Below the pieces are notes generated by a model, which had not been told where the DNA came from, ran no database searches, and saw nothing but the letters and a program-made list of their open reading frames with translations. A DNA stretch of 64,000 nt, from NCBI RefSeq assembly GCF_041956535.1, contig NW_027192197.1, positions 693,829 to 757,828 on the forward strand. The letters run 5' to 3'. Numbering within the stretch: the first letter of the stretch is position 1; each line of letters begins with the position of its first letter. Source of the stretch: Calcarisporiella thermophila CBS 279.70 (taxonomy: Eukaryota; Fungi; Calcarisporiellomycota). Below are positions 1 through 14,414 of the stretch, piece after piece. A program made the position numbers and the translations under genes.

Positions 1-343
1 CTTCTTTTTTGTTTTTCCTGAGCCTATTTTGGAATACAATCCTCCAGACCTCAGGTTACAAATCCCAGTATTTCCAAAGAATGCAAGGCCTGCTGTTGGG
101 TTTTGACACATCAGTTATCCGACAATCTTTGGGCCGATTTTGGGAATAAGGATATTTCAGCCGTGCATGATACTTGTTACAAAAGCTCTCTCCATTAGCC
201 CCACATTGAATCGATATGATTCTTGCCTATCCTATGGCATAAGACAAAGAGATTTAAATACACTGGTGAACTAATGCAAAAATGCCTATAAAAAGTACAC
301 ATATTTACAAAGACAAACAAATAAAAACACAAATAAATAAAAT

Positions 344-1099
344 TCATAACGCTCTCTCAGTATGTGGTGCATTATTCAATCCTTTTTGCACCATATTTCC
401 ACATCTATCTTCAAAATTACTCAGTGAAGATTCCAGCGTATTCTTTTTCCTGGTGTTCTGTATTTTTCTTCGCTCATCGCGCTCTTTCATCACCGACTCC
501 ATCCAGTCCCATTCGTCCTCAAGCACAAGAGTTCTATCTAACGCTGGCACTTTGAAATCAATAGAATTGGCATTTAGTCTTGGTTCAAGCCGTAATTCGA
601 GTCGCAGAGCAGCACGTGGAAAGTAGCAGTTCTCAAGACGATATTTCCGTGGATGACTCGAACCAAGATTCAAGGCATCCATAGATGTTTGGAGGGAAGT
701 TGATTTGAATTTTGGTGGCTGTACATACTCAGCGAGGTTGACCGTAACCCTACCGACTATTGAAGGCTTCTCCTTCTCAACCAATTGGTGTATTGTGAAT
801 ATACAACGGCAGGGCAAGAGTTCACTGTTGTCACCCACAGCAAGCCGGATGTGTGTGTGTATTTTGGTGTCCCAGGTAGCGGTATAGTTGGTTAAGGGAA
901 CTCGAGACGTGCGTCCGTGGGTCTGGAGGTTTGTGTTGAGAAGTGCGGTGGAGCTGCCGCCCCCGACGAGCCGCCAGTCAACGAGGTATTTACCTTTAAG
1001 GAGGGGGAGACGTTCCAGGGCGATTATATTGATGAAGGCATCGCACTCGACACTGTGATGCCGGCGGAAGTGCTGGAATAGTTGGGAAAATTGTGGCAT
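344..1099 (-). CDS. NT-C2 (EEIG1/EHBP1 N-terminal C2) domain protein, intronless
   Basis: 251-aa ORF with NT-C2-like pattern: INIIALERLPLLKGKYLVDWR...GRTSRVPLTNYTATW...IVGRVTVNLAEYV...LRLEL. Confidence 0.75.
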   Translation of the reverse strand: MPQFSQLFQHFRRHHSVECDAFINIIALERLPLLKGKYLVDWRLVGGGSSTALLNTNLQTHGRTSRVPLTNYTATWDTKIHTHIRLAVGDNSELLPCRCIFTIHQLVEKEKPSIVGRVTVNLAEYVQPPKFKSTSLQTSMDALNLGSSHPRKYRLENCYFPRAALRLELRLEPRLNANSIDFKVPALDRTLVLEDEWDWMESVMKERDERRKIQNTRKKNTLESSLSNFEDRCGNMVQKGLNNAPHTERAL

Positions 1100-1724
1100 T
1101 ACTCAACTTTCCTGTAAACAAAAAGTAGGTGTAAATTTATGCATTAATAAGGTGGAGTATATATATGACTGAAAGGTTTCTCCGACAAGCTGAAACCTTA
1201 AAGCCTTTTTTTTCCGGGTATGAAGTGGAATTTAGCGGTAGTATTTCTAAATTTCGAAATAAAGGTTGCCGTGCAGATTTTGATATATTAGACCCGGGGT
1301 ATGCATGACAGAGCGACACCCTTAAAGAACCCAACGCTATATTGGAAAAGAAATAAACCTCCCTTTCAGTAATGGACGCAATATGAAAGGGAGGAATTAA
1401 AGAGAAACTATTCAAGCAAATAGTTTTTCCACGGCTTTGAAACAAATTAGTAATAAATACGAATGGTGAAAATGAGAGTCACAACACCTGTGATAGACAT
1501 ATTAGAATAGTAGTAATTATTTGTAATTTGGTCTATACGTCTGTTGATTCATTTCCCCCTCAATATAGAGCATTAGTCCGAGGAGGAGGGGAGTAGTCTC
1601 ATTAAAATGGAAACTGAATATATTACTGATGATAATCTTAGTAATGGAAGTAGATGATTTGAAATAATCGATTTATTGTGCCAGAAAAATGATTTGATAT
1701 CTTGGTTCAACATAGACGTCATTT

Positions 1725-4254
1725 TCATAGCCGAAGAATGAGCTGTCGTACTTGCTCCTTTTCATTCCGAGTTTTCTCTCGTGTAACCGGCGCTTCGTCT
1801 ATAGCTGCTTTCTCCGACTTCTCATCCATTTCCGCTGCTTCTGTTTTCGGGTCATTGTTCTCTGCTTTGTTCTCCGTCTCCGTGATGTTCACTTTCGCTT
1901 CATCTTCATCGCCCAAATTCTCATAATACTCTATTGAGAAAATGGGTAATTATTTTACTCGCAACATTTTACTTCAAGTTGCGTAACCTACCTATTAAAA
2001 TCTCCCTGACATCATCCAAGGACTGCTCTTTTTCAAGTAGCAAATTTTCTATTTGTCCTTTGATTCCATTGTCTTCCCAGCACAAGTAGGCAATCACTAG
2101 ATCTGTCATTTGTAGAGTAAAAAGTCCAGCGTCTAACCGTCGAAGGAAGAACTCTTCGTTCTGCTCTTCATCGAGTTCTTCTCCTTCGTTTGCTAACCTC
2201 TAATATGTAACCAGAGAGTAAACATATGATTTTTTGAATGGAACCACAGTAAGTAAATAATTGCCTCCTTTTCCCTTTCTATCTCTCGGTCAACTACCGC
2301 AACCCGGGCATTATACCCCGCCCGAATTGCCACAAGTCGCTCTACCTTCTCATAGTTGTTTTCTATGAACTTATTAATAAGCCGGGTCCGCGCCTCTCCT
2401 CCGGGTGTTAGGTTTTTGAGCAAAGAAATGATAATGCACATGATGTGTTCTAAAATCTCGTGTCGTAATTAATATCCGAAGCAAATGAGCGGAAGTATCC
2501 CTCTGTAGTCTCACCTTCTTCCTCAGTCTCCGAGAAAGACTTGTATATTTTCTTATAATTCTTATAGCCTTTCTGCATAAATGCAGAAAATAGTGCCTTC
2601 AAGCCAAAGGCCTCCACGAATCTTTCACAATTGCGCGCTCCCTCTTTTGTCGATGTAGCATAATTGAGTACTTTAATCGCACGCATTTTAGACATATTTT
2701 TCTCTCTATTAAGAAAAAAAAATCAATCATATGTTAGAATGAGATATACAAATATTTGCAATTATTTCAACCTCATTAGAATAAGCATTAGTTCGATTCC
2801 CTCTCCGTCTAAAAATTTATCCTTAATTTCCGGCTCACCAAGAGCAGAACAAAGAGCATCGAACAGATTTTCCATCATTTCAGTTTCATCTGCGTCCTTA
2901 GGGTCCTTGCGTTTATATTGCTATTTGTGAAAAAAAGAACCATTCTAATCAGTACCACAGACTCTCGTATCAATAGAGCAAAGACACATGCATTGATTGC
3001 CATCAATAAAGCATCGACTCCACCCAATTCACCAAATTTTAACCGGTTCTTTCGACTATTTTGCAATAAAATAGCAAGTATTTCACTTGCATATTGACGA
3101 TTTGAGTCGAATTGTCGCTTTTGTACCCGCTGGAGCAGCCAACGGAGAAGTTCTGTTTGCGTGACGACCAGTTCTGATATAGAGGGGTCAATTGAAGTCA
3201 GATTTTCAAATATCCCTGAAAAAAAAAGATATTAAAACATTGAATAATTTCAGGATCAAAATGACGGTCTATCATACCTAAGGTATTAAAAACTCCCTGA
3301 TAATCAGTCGTCTCATTTTCGTCTAGCCTGCTGATATTTTGTGCTAATAATTCCAATCCATTGTTTTCAACCTATGTAATGAAACCCATTGGTGAAAGAA
3401 AACCATTTTAATATCTCCAAAGGTATATGTATATGTAAAATTTTGCATAATAGGGCCTTACAAGAGCTCGCACAAGCACTTTCATTGCCTCCTCGTTCTC
3501 TTCTTCTATCACATCCTCATCAGTTAACTCGTGTAAAACTTCTACTGCGTCAATTGAAATATCCGTATTCTCGTGGGAAAGTAATGAAGTCAAAGTAGCA
3601 ATGGTTCCCAAGCGAACAACCTCAGGATAAAATTCGGGGACCTGTGTCAATACCATGAGCCGCTTAATCTCAACGTCAAGATCAGCCTCGGACTCCATAA
3701 ATCTACAGCCATAATCGTTTAGAGAATATTACCATAGAATACATTTTAGAAAGCCTTTACCGAGTTGGGTCATCCGGATATTTGGCGCGAAGTTCCTGAT
3801 TTTTGGTAATTGCCTTTTCGAATTTCAATATCATTTTTTTGATACTCGGCAGATCGAGACCTTCAGGCTAGCCACACGAACATTAATATTACCTAATTAT
3901 ACGCCGATGAATTTAAAAATTATTAATTCATACCTCTTCTTCATCTGCCGCATCCAATAATGATAAAATTCTCTCTTGCTCTTCTGTTAGTCCCGATCCA
4001 TGGAATCTTCCCTCTTCTTCCTCATCATTATAGCCGCTTTCATAAAATCTATCATCCTCTTCGTTATCATTTTCGGTGCTAAAGGCTCGCCGTTTTACTT
4101 CGCGATCATCAATGTTGGGATCTTCAAGTTCAGTAGCGCTTTTCTGTTCCTTCATCATTCGATCGAGTAATTCCTTGTCCGGTGTGGAAGGAAGTTTGCG
4201 TTTATTGCGGCCGCTTGGAATGGCCGGAAGTTTAAAAAGGGAATCAATGTTCAT
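1725..4254 (-). CDS. CTNNBL1: Beta-catenin-like protein 1 (Prp19-associated spliceosomal factor), multi-exon
   Basis: Motifs FEKAITKNQELRAKYPDDP.RFMESEADLD, LLSHENTDI and YKRKDP..ADETEMMENLFDALCS; the N-terminal half was checked and splices in frame, including one GC-AG intron (2921-2991). Confidence 0.92.
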
Positions 4255-5173
4255 TTCTTTCTTCGACCTAGTTGATTACGACTTGGTAATAGTTTACAAT
4301 ACGCTTAAAGAAATTAAATGATGATTACGTGACTTTGAAATTCTTTTGTATTATACGGTATTATTTAAGAAATACACTGTGTGTCGCGAAGTGTCTAGTT
4401 AAAAAACGGTGTACAGTGGAAAAATGATACGGCATAATTTTTATAAATCTTCTCGTTCCTTAGTCGCCTTCTATTCCGTTACCCTGAATGTATAATGTTG
4501 TTTCCGATAACTTCAGGGCTAAGAGGTTTTCAGGATTGAAAAAATATCACATTTTTACATCTTAGTAGTGCGATTTAGGGTAATCTCTGAGGATGTTGTA
4601 AAGGGGCGTGTGTAGCTGGACTTGGTGCAAGGGAAAGAGTCTCTTAGTCGAGGTTAATAAAGCTATCCAGTGCTGGCTTGAAGGGTCAAGCTTTCTTGGA
4701 ATTTATTGAGTCGATACTCCGATAATTATTGTGACATTGAAAGCCTGAGCGGCGGTTTCTGTTAGGCCACTGTTTTCATCTTCAATATCTAGAGCTTAGG
4801 GGCTACTTGGGCTTATTTTTTTTCAGCACCGCTGATCCAATTCAAATTTTGAATCAAGGTTTTGCTTTCTTGTCGCCCTTCGTTCTCTGACTCTTTTTGT
4901 TCATTCTCATTATACTATTAGAGGGAGAATTTTGACATCACTGCCCATATTTTCTCCAGCTGATTTCCCCAGTACCTCTCCAAGTTCGCTCGTGCTCTAG
5001 GAATAAAACGTGAGCTTGCGCTTTTATACAAGCAATCTTGGATTCCTGTTGACTTTGTCCCAAATTTCTTTACAGAGGATAATTTTTGTTCGTCTATGCA
5101 CAGGTTCCTTAATAATTTCTCCCTCTGACTCAGTCCTTGCGCATCTGAAGGTCAACAATCAAATACAATCACC

Positions 5174-6521
5174 ATGCCTCCATCGCCAGCACTTTATAGA
5201 TCAACTTCTCTCGATCTGGCTGAATTCCCAACCCATGATTTAATTTACATTCTCGCTGATTACCTTACCCGTATCACTCGCTCCAATGACCAACGCAATC
5301 AAAATTCGGGGTCAGGACGTGGGAGCACAGGAAGTAGTGAATGGTTACATCCTGCTTATACACGATTTCATGCACGATCTGTGCCTGCCATTGACATCCA
5401 TTCGTACCTTGCACGTATCCTCAAGTATTGTCCATGCCCAAACGAATGTTTTCTTTCACTACTCGTCTATTTCGATCGCATGATGAAAATATGCCCTTTT
5501 AATCTCTCTTCTTACAACGTACATCGTCTAATTATTTCTGGAATTGTTGTATCATCAAAATTTTTCTCGGATGTATTTTACACGAACTCTCGATATGCCA
5601 AGGTTAGTTAAATTTTCCTCCGCACTTAATGATGGTTATTTATTTGTGCCCACATAGGTTGGAGGACTACCAGTCAGCGAGCTGAACACATTGGAAATAG
5701 AGTTTCTACTGTTATGTGAGTTTCAGCTTGCCATCACCATAGATGAGCTGCAGGAAAGGGGTGACCAGTTACTTCATTTCATGCGCCAAGCAGAGGAAGA
5801 TCGTCGGATACGTAGCGGCTCCTTAAATTCAACACAATACTCGAGTGATGACTCTTCACATAATAGTGAAAATTCGCAGCACGGTCATGGGAGTCAAGGA
5901 GGTGGACGGCGGCTATCGTACATAGACCCAGTTGCAAGCAAAGAGCCCAAGCGGTCGCGGAGAAATACCGTTGACACTAACGTTTCAGAAGAACATCAAG
6001 GTACACCTGCAAATTCAGTGGCTCAACTACAACCTCCCCCTAAAGCGACAATATTAAACGCAGGTGACAGCGAAAGTGCAAGCGTATTAGAAAGCTCACC
6101 ATGTGAGCAATCTTGTCGCTCGCATCCTCCTCCTCCGATATTTACCACTATTTCCAACAACTCTTTTATTCGTTCTTTTCCTACTGCACCTCCTCTTGTA
6201 CATGAGCCTAAACATATTAGCCCATCCAAGAACCGCACATCGCTATTTTTTCCCGTGAGGACTTCTACAGCTTTGGCATCAACAAGTTCGGCGAATGCCA
6301 CTGCGACTACTGATAGTAACAAAGGCCCACGGCGCCGATTCTCTGTTCCCTTTTTGGGGCATTTTTGGCCCACCGCTTCAAACGCAGTCGTTTCCCTTGC
6401 CCATGCTGCGGTAACTCCTGGAAATAATAATTCAGCGGCGTCTTCAAAAGAGGCACGTCCCCATGCTTTTGGAGGGCACGAAGATCGTGCTGTATTTGCC
6501 GACGGAGCTTCAATGAGATAG
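5174..6521 (+). CDS. PHO80/PCL-type (cyclin U family) cyclin
   Basis: FHARSVPAIDIHSYLARILKYCPC.NECFLSLLVYFDR...NVHRLIISGIVVSSKFFSDVFYTNSRYAKVGGL..SELN.LEIEFL; one intron at about 5603-5657; low-complexity tail. Confidence 0.92.
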
Positions 6522-6854
6522 ACCTCCCACCCTCCCCTCTTCGCTCCCAATCAACTTCTTTTAAATAAGAATAAAAATTGCCATCTTATCATGCAATGTA
6601 TGTGTGTTTTTTGACATTTATGAGTGTTCTCTTTGCAAGATATTTTACCTTTTCCCCCTAGCATTGAGCCTTTGTACTCCTTGCAAGCCATTATATATTA
6701 TTAATTTTTTTCTCTTTTTTTTTACTCTTATTCTGTAAGCATTTTGGAGCCATGCTGATTGTATCATATTCTTGTGTCTTTTCAAAAATTTCAAGAGATA
6801 TAATTGAAAAATAAAAAAAATACAACTTTTCGAAAAATTAAATGTGCTCAAAGA

Positions 6855-8185
6855 CTAATCGTACCAATCCAGGAATAATAGCACCGCACTCGCAATGATT
6901 AGAAATAGTAGTACCCATTTTCTTGTGTCTGCGTTCCGTTGGCGTGCCCTTGTGAGGTGTATGTTACCCTCCTGCATTCGCTCAGTGTTTGCAAGTGCTT
7001 CAGCATGTAATGTATTGATCTGTTGCGTCTGGACAGCGAGATGGCTTGCCAGCGCAGATTGAAGAGTTGAAACTTCTAAGAGTGCTCGTTCGGCTTCCCT
7101 ACAATATAGGGAGGAGAGCAATGAATAATTTATTGTTATTCAAATGATTTCACGAAAAAAGACTTACTTGACTTGGTCAGCGGTAGTTTCCAACTCTCGC
7201 ATAATTGCATCGTTTTCTAACTGCAGCAATGATTTTTCTTGAGAAGAGAGCTCTTCTTCAAACTCGGGATGTGAATCTTCTTCCTCAAAATTGGTTCCGT
7301 TTGTTGGAGTATCGAGGTTAGAATTTACAGTCGTTGAGGGTGCTTCAGTGTGATGTGTGTCGGAGTATTCCTGCTCGGCCTGCTTTTTTTGTATGGCGCG
7401 CCGTGCCGCAATCGAGCGGTTCAATGCACTGATTCAAGAAAGACAGAAAACATGTTCAGGTTTAATCTAATCTACATATTATTATATCAACAGTTAAATG
7501 TACTTACAACTCACGTCGCTCCAGCTGCTTCGACATTCGTTGCTCTTGTTGAGTCTTTTGAATATCTGACACCTCCATGAGCCTGTTATTCAAATACCAA
7601 ATCACGCCCGTTCTGTGTGCCGTTAGCCAATCTTGCTCCCGTTCAGCACTGAATAGCGTCTGCGCGAGAAATTTGGCAAATTTGTTCATGGGTAAGTTTT
7701 TCATCTTCTCCTGTCGCAGCTTGTCGGCCTCTTCGAGCTCCTTTATCCGCTCCATGCACTGTCGAATCAGGATTTTTGCATTAAAATCAATTTCATCACG
7801 TTCTTTGTCTGTGAGGGAAGTCGATGAGGCATATTGGGCAAATGGATCTGTGCGGCTATTCGAGTCTATTTGATGAAGCTTCTCGGAAGATTTGGGCCCA
7901 GTGGATATTCGACCACCGGGATTAAGATAGGCACGTCTGATTTTTATAAGAAATTTCCTTAGATCTTCAATGCGTGAGACCTAATTATAGCAATGTTATT
8001 TTGAAATAAACCATATTCGAGTGAGTGATATTGCTTACGATTCGGTAGGCCTCATTCGTAAACGTATCATCGGTTATCCGACCACTCTTTTTTGGCTTCG
8101 AACTAGCTGCATTGGTATGAGAGGCATTTTTCTTTGTTTTTTCTCTCGCGAGACACACGGATCGGAAATCGCTAGTGATGTCCAT
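6855..8185 (-). CDS. UFE1: Syntaxin-18/Ufe1-type ER t-SNARE
   Basis: N-terminal MDITSDF, D.F..EAYRI, LTDKERDEIDF, HRTGVIWYLNNRL, SNARE coil and C-terminal transmembrane segment ending FLDWYD. Confidence 0.88.
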
Positions 8186-8772
8186 CGCAATTGTATGAAT
8201 GATCGTTGGGTTAAAAATTACGCGATTTTTTTCATCTCGTGCTAATGGCTTAGGCCACGTGGAACAGGATTTGTTGTTTTTCTCTTTTAAGAGCGTTTTT
8301 TCGAAGAGACATTAGTGATTGAAGAATAGCTTCTCTCAGTTGCTGTCCGTTTTCTACTTAGCGGTAAGTAAATGCAGCTTAAAATGTGAATTTATTTTAT
8401 GTAAACACCTACAATTATCTCTATTGAATCGTTGTAATCTTCCCAAGTCTTCCAACAACTAATCTTTTCCTTTTCTATTACATTTAGATTATTGACAGAA
8501 CGAATAGCAAAATTGCTTGCTATTTTGCAGAAATAATCACAAATCGCTGGATTGATCCAACCAATTGGCGATGTATCCAACGTTATAGTGCGAGATCTTA
8601 GCATTTGTTTTGTTTATATCTCCTTTACATCGCAATTTGTATTACCGTTTGTCCTCTTCGATCCCAGCTTGCGTTTGAGTTTCGCCGCTGGTTCACACAC
8701 AAAGATCAAGCGTCACTTATTTATCGTCTGATAATATCGTGAGATCTAGTTGATAAGTGCAGCGACTAGAAC

Positions 8773-11700
8773 ATGAACTCACAACAATCAACTCAGTTTG
8801 TTTATAAGTACGATATCACAAGCTAAAATTTTAATGAACTACAGCAGCATTTTCTAATCTCTATTACTGTTGTGCCTTTCTCTGCTCATCATCTCATTTA
8901 GAAAAGCAACCGAGTTCGAAAACCAGTTGAAAAAACTGTATCAAGCAAAAAAGTTTTTTGACAAGGATACTACCATCGTTCGACTCTCGTAAGTTAATTC
9001 GCGTACAATTTGGTGACGATAAATAACAAGCTCCTTTTTACTTCAATAGGCTACGCGACACCTACTTGAAGATTATTTTTCAAGATTTTGAATTTGCAAT
9101 ATCAAAAGAACTCGAACAGAACCTCTGGCGCTATGTCTACTACAAAGTCTTCGAGGAATATCGCCGACTTCTTAAGGCTGTAAGCAAGGCAAAATTGCAT
9201 CAATATATATATATATATATATTTATTTATATATGTTTTGCCTCGCTACATTGTAGGTTTCTGATACGTCAAGAGCGAAGTCGATAGAAGATCGCCGCAT
9301 TCTTAGCTCTTTTCGATCGTTTGTACAAGATGCAACGAGTTTTTATCAGTCTTTTATAAGTCGGTTGGCGGCCCATTTTGATCTTGAAAAGGTGCACCCA
9401 TATGTCCAAAAATTCGGTTCTTCTGATTCTGGTAAATGGTTTTGAAGTCAACACATGACTTCTTCAAGTTTTCATTTAATGTATCCCTTATAGACCCTCA
9501 AGGACGGCTGCCAATTACTAAAGGAGCGGAGGTCAATGCGCCCGAACCAGTTAAACAACGCGCTCTTTTGTCCTGTCACAAGAGCCTGATTTTTCTTGGC
9601 GATCTAGGTAATATTCAAATCTAGCTTTTGTTCTTGATTTTTTTTTACACTTATTATTATTTAGCTCGGTACCGAGAGCAGTTTAGCGATCGTCCTCGAA
9701 AGAATTTTTCAAATGCATGCGAGTATTATAACCAGGCCCATCAGCTCCTCCCTGAGAGTGGAAATCCTTTTAATCAGCTTGCTTGTATTGACTCTTACCA
9801 CGGTGACGATTTTGCTGCCTTGTATCACTATTTCAGGAGGTTTGTTTGATGGGACCATTGTATTCTTGCCTTACTCTTATTAACTTACATTACTTTATAT
9901 CGGTCAGTCTTACGGTCAAGTTCCCATTCACCAATGCTCGGGAAAATGTCCTTCTCCTATTTCGAAAGATGGAGAAATTATCTAGCGGTGAAGTTGCTAA
10001 CGGAACAAATCAAGCCAAACAGAAGCGACTTCTGGTTGATATCGCTCGATTGTGTGGAAAGAGCTACATGAAAACTGAGTATGATCTATTACATTTGGAT
10101 TGCAGTATTAAGTTATTAATATATTTGACTTTATAATAGTGAGGAAGGGTTTTTAGAGCTCAAGCAGAGAGTTTTGCCCGATTTTAAAGCCGGAATAGCA
10201 TCCAAGCTCATCAGCAGCGATCAAATTGTCATGACATTGGCGCTGTATATGTCGTCGCTTCATTTGTTGAGCCATGGCATCCGTGGTATGTTTGGTTAAT
10301 TCTCTATTATAGGAAGGCTTTTACTGATTCACCTTGGTTTAGATCCAACCAAACCGCAGCAGAGCAAAGATGCCAAAATTCCCCGAAAAGGAGACACTGA
10401 GTGGAGAGCATTTATTTTGATTCTGGAATTTTTCATTCAAATGTTCGGCCTCGCCAATGATGATATCTCTTCGATGGCACTCCAACAACCTGGCAATAAA
10501 TCTGCGACTTTCGCCTCCATTGCACAGCTTCCGGCGCTCCGACTTGCTTCCCTCTGGCTGGTTTCGCATGAGGCCTATATTCGTACAATGGCCAGCTACG
10601 GGGCAGAGAAGAACGCTTCTGATCTCAATACGATCGACAAATTATGGGAGACATATGCTATCTTTGCCTCCAGAGTATGTGAAAGTTTCCCTAACGTCAA
10701 TGCGGATACCGAGTCGACGCACCCACCATTGAAGGAGGATATTGAATTTTACGGATTTATACCGCTGGACATCGAAATAGATGAAGTGTATGCTGCCAGT
10801 GCGAAAAAGCTGGATTCTATGAAGGAGACCCTTGTTCGTTTGGCAGATATCGTGCAGATGGCTGTGAAATTCACAGAGAAGGTAAATTAATCTACATTCC
10901 CTTCATGTCAATCAAGACAAACATTTAACATCTTTCTTTTTAGGAATCGCCTTTCTTATTCGTGACAAAGAACCCTGTGTCCAATGCAATGGTGTTTTCG
11001 ACCAAAAGTCCCGCTCTCAAACATCCACCCACCGCTGCACTCGTAGACAGCTCAGATAGTTCAATTGATCCACTGCTCAAATGTGCTGGAATAGCACATC
11101 TTGTTGATCACGACGAGGAAAACGACGAAGATGTCCTCTCGCTGATTAAACGCCCCGAGCAAGTGTGCGAAGAAGCTGAAGGCGACGACGAGGTGATTCT
11201 CTTCACAGGAAAGCACCAACCTCCGGCCAATACACCCTCTATGCCCACACAAACAGTTTCCGGTCTTTTGCCTCCATCCGCTCCTGCCTCCTGGATATCT
11301 GCTGCAGCTGCAGCAAAACGGAGTAGCGCTAATCCTACCTCTGTAGAATCCTTGGTTAACCAAGTTCTCACGGGAGGTATGTCTCTGAGGGATAACAGTA
11401 ATGATTCAGACATGAGTGCTAGAACCATCGAAGGAGGCTGGAGCAGCTTCTCGGCAGGGTCTTCGCTCTATCCGCAACAACCTTCCTTGCCACTTCCTCA
11501 GGCGGTGCAAGGAACAAATGCTTTTGAAAGAAGTAGCGGGATGTTTGGACAATTTTCAGCACCACAGCAGCAACCACAATATTCTGGGGTCGCTTCTGGT
11601 CACGGTGCACATATCACGAACGACTCGCTGTTTGGCTCTGGACATCCATCAAGCCCACACATGACACTTGGCTATCCGCAAGTTCCGAATCTCCGGAGCT

Positions 11701-12275
11701 CTTTTGGATCCGACATGACCATGAATGGCTTATCCGCCCCATTTGGAGCCCAAGATTCGTATACATCCCCCCGTCCACCGCACCCGACATTCTCTAATCA
11801 CCCACTTTCACAAGGACCTTTGAACGGACACATTCCACTCGGTTCCGCAGCCTATGCTGGCAATCCGCAGCGTTTACACCCGTTTTTTGCCGGCCCCAAT
11901 TCTAATGAACCACCATCCATGACCAACACGTCGCCTCACGCGTCCTTTGTGATGGGGCAGCCGCAGACTCTTCTTGAGCAGCGGCAGCCTCAGCAATATC
12001 AACAGATTCCAGTTTCTTCCTCCTTCAGCTATGGGTTCTCGGGAGCTTTCGGCGAAGCTTCGACTAAAGATTCCCTGCGCTCCTTCGGCGGTGATCGAGG
12101 GGAAGGTGATAATGCCAGGAATCTGATTGGAAGAAGCTCATCCATAACTTCTTCGACTGTAACGCCTTCTGGCCAGTTGTTTAGCGGAGGAAGCCTGTTC
12201 TCACAGAGCACGATGGGAACAGGTCTCCCCGCTCAAAATCCTTGGGCGCGTCATCCGAATGCAAATCCAATGTGA
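8773..12275 (+). CDS. SMG7/Ebs1/Est1-family NMD factor (14-3-3-like domain, no PIN domain seen)
   Basis: LEQNLWRYVYYK, LIFLGDLARYRE, PESGNPFNQLA, LYHYFRSL..KFPF.NARENV and PPLKEDIEFYGFIPL motifs; long S/P/Q/G-rich C-terminus. Confidence 0.85.
9204..9222. repeat. (TA)n microsatellite in an intron of the SMG7-like gene
   Basis: tatatatatatatatatat run. Confidence 0.8.
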
Positions 12276-12736
12276 AGACCAGTGTTGTTGGGATTTTTTT
12301 AACTTGACTAGGAGGAAAGTTGTTCCCCGCTCTTTCCCCTTCCCTCCTCTAGCAATGTTTTTCCGTTTTATTCCCATTCGCCGGCAATTGGACTACACGA
12401 GGGATGAACTGTCTTCATAATCGTGCCCCCCATGTAACAAGGAACATTGCACTGTTTTTGGATCGTCCCCTATGTCATAGCCGCTTTGTGGAATGGAAAT
12501 TTGACTCGGTCAATCGCCTTGCTCCTTATTCTCCTTTTTTCTTTTATTTCCGTATCACTTCCCCCTCTTTTCAATATAAAATATGACTATTTTTTCCTAA
12601 TTCTTTTCTCTCTCCTCTATGCGAGGTGCGTCAGTTAAAAAAAGTTCCAATCCAAAGAAAAGGTGGTGAAATTGTGTAAGAAAAATATATTTTTAAACAT
12701 AAAAAACCTAAAAGAGACAAGAGGAAAAAGGAACAT

Positions 12737-13817
12737 TTACTGAGAGGTAGAGGCCGTTGGTCGCTTTTTCTTCTCTGCTTCTGCCTCCTTCTCCTTCTCT
12801 ATCTCAGCTACAATTCTCTCGACCTCCTCCATCTCCAACAGCTATAAGAGGGAAAAAAAGGCTAAGCTTGGAGTTGATATAGCTTATATATATGCAAACA
12901 CACCTTGATTTTCTTGTCCATGCCCATCAACGCAATTTCTATGTTCTTAGCTCCCGTCTGCACCACCTCAAGTAATGACTTTACAGTGAGCTTAATTGCC
13001 TCCTCCCGCGAAAGGTCGTCCTTATAGTTCTTCTCGAGGAACTCGCGCACCGTCTTGGAACTTCTTCCGATTGCATTTGCTTTCCACGCGTTATAGGTTC
13101 CCGCCGGCTCAGTTTGAAAGAGTTTGGGTACATTGTCCGAATCAAATCCAATAATAAGAGTTGAGATGCCGAATGGGCGGACACCACCACGCTGTGTATA
13201 CCTCTAAATTAAATTAAATCACATGTGCAGGGTCAATAAAGCAGCCTATTTCTATAATGCCACTGCAAAAAAAGCGTGAGAAAGAATTACCTGCTGTACG
13301 GTAGCAATATACCGAGTAATATACTCAATTGATACAGGATCTTCTAGTGTCAAGCGGTGACTTTGGCATTCAACACGGGCTTTATTCACTAACACACGAG
13401 CATCGGCATTCAAACCTATGGTCCGCCAGGACATAATTGAGTGAGAAATCGGAACAATCGAAAGTGGCAACATTGAAAAACACCGGAAATCGAGTGCATA
13501 CCAGCAAAAGCAAGACAAACATGATCATCCAGCATACAGATTTTGCGAACAGTGCGAGGATCTTGTAGCTTCAAGACCGATTTCTTCTCGACACCAAGCA
13601 CAACTACATCTTTTCCACGCACACCAACCTACAGAGTTGAAAAGATAAAAAAAATTATTCATATTTATTTAATCTGCCAACGCTTGCAAAGATAGTATCC
13701 AAAGAATATGCTTACGGCACAGGTTCCTTTGTTTACCGCCTCAAGAGCGTATTCGACCTGAAAGAGATGACCATCGGGAGAGAAAACTGTCAGAGCACGA
13801 TCGTAAGACCCGGCCAT
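12737..13817 (-). CDS. PRE6: 20S proteasome subunit alpha4 (PSMA7)
   Basis: [51 protein letters not shown] and [14 protein letters not shown]. Confidence 0.96.
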
Positions 13818-14414
13818 TTTAATGTATAAGTCAGAGTTGAATTGAAGGAGAAAATAAGAGAACTGAGCAGGCGATCAATAACGCGTTTAACGAAGCATCG
13901 AATACGTGTGTATGAGTGCGTAATCCTAAGATTTATTAATTAAAGTAAAAATTGGTAAAAATTGGAGAAATCACCGGGCTGCTTCATCGGGGTCAGCCAA
14001 ATTTGTTTACGTCGTTAACGTAAGGTCCTGGATCGAAATATTCTCGCAAAAAATAGCTCAATTGCAAAGAGCTAAGTTGAATTAACTGAGTAGCACTTAA
14101 GATTAGATAGAGGAAAACTTACAGAGTCGTTGGGAAGAATAATATATACATCCTACTGCAGGTTTGCGCACTTCTTTTATCCACTGCAATAGCATCAATA
14201 TTTAATCTTGAATGCTCCCCCTTAGTAACAGATTTGGTATCTGTATTATATTATGAAGAAAACACAGAGGACTCTGACTATTTTCATTATAAAAAAATGA
14301 AAGTTCGACTCAATAATAGAGTTAAACAAGTTACATAAGTTATGCGAAAATAAAAAGAAAAAATACGCATATAAATAAGCAAATTATTGATATTAGAAAG
14401 GAAGCTATGGTTGA

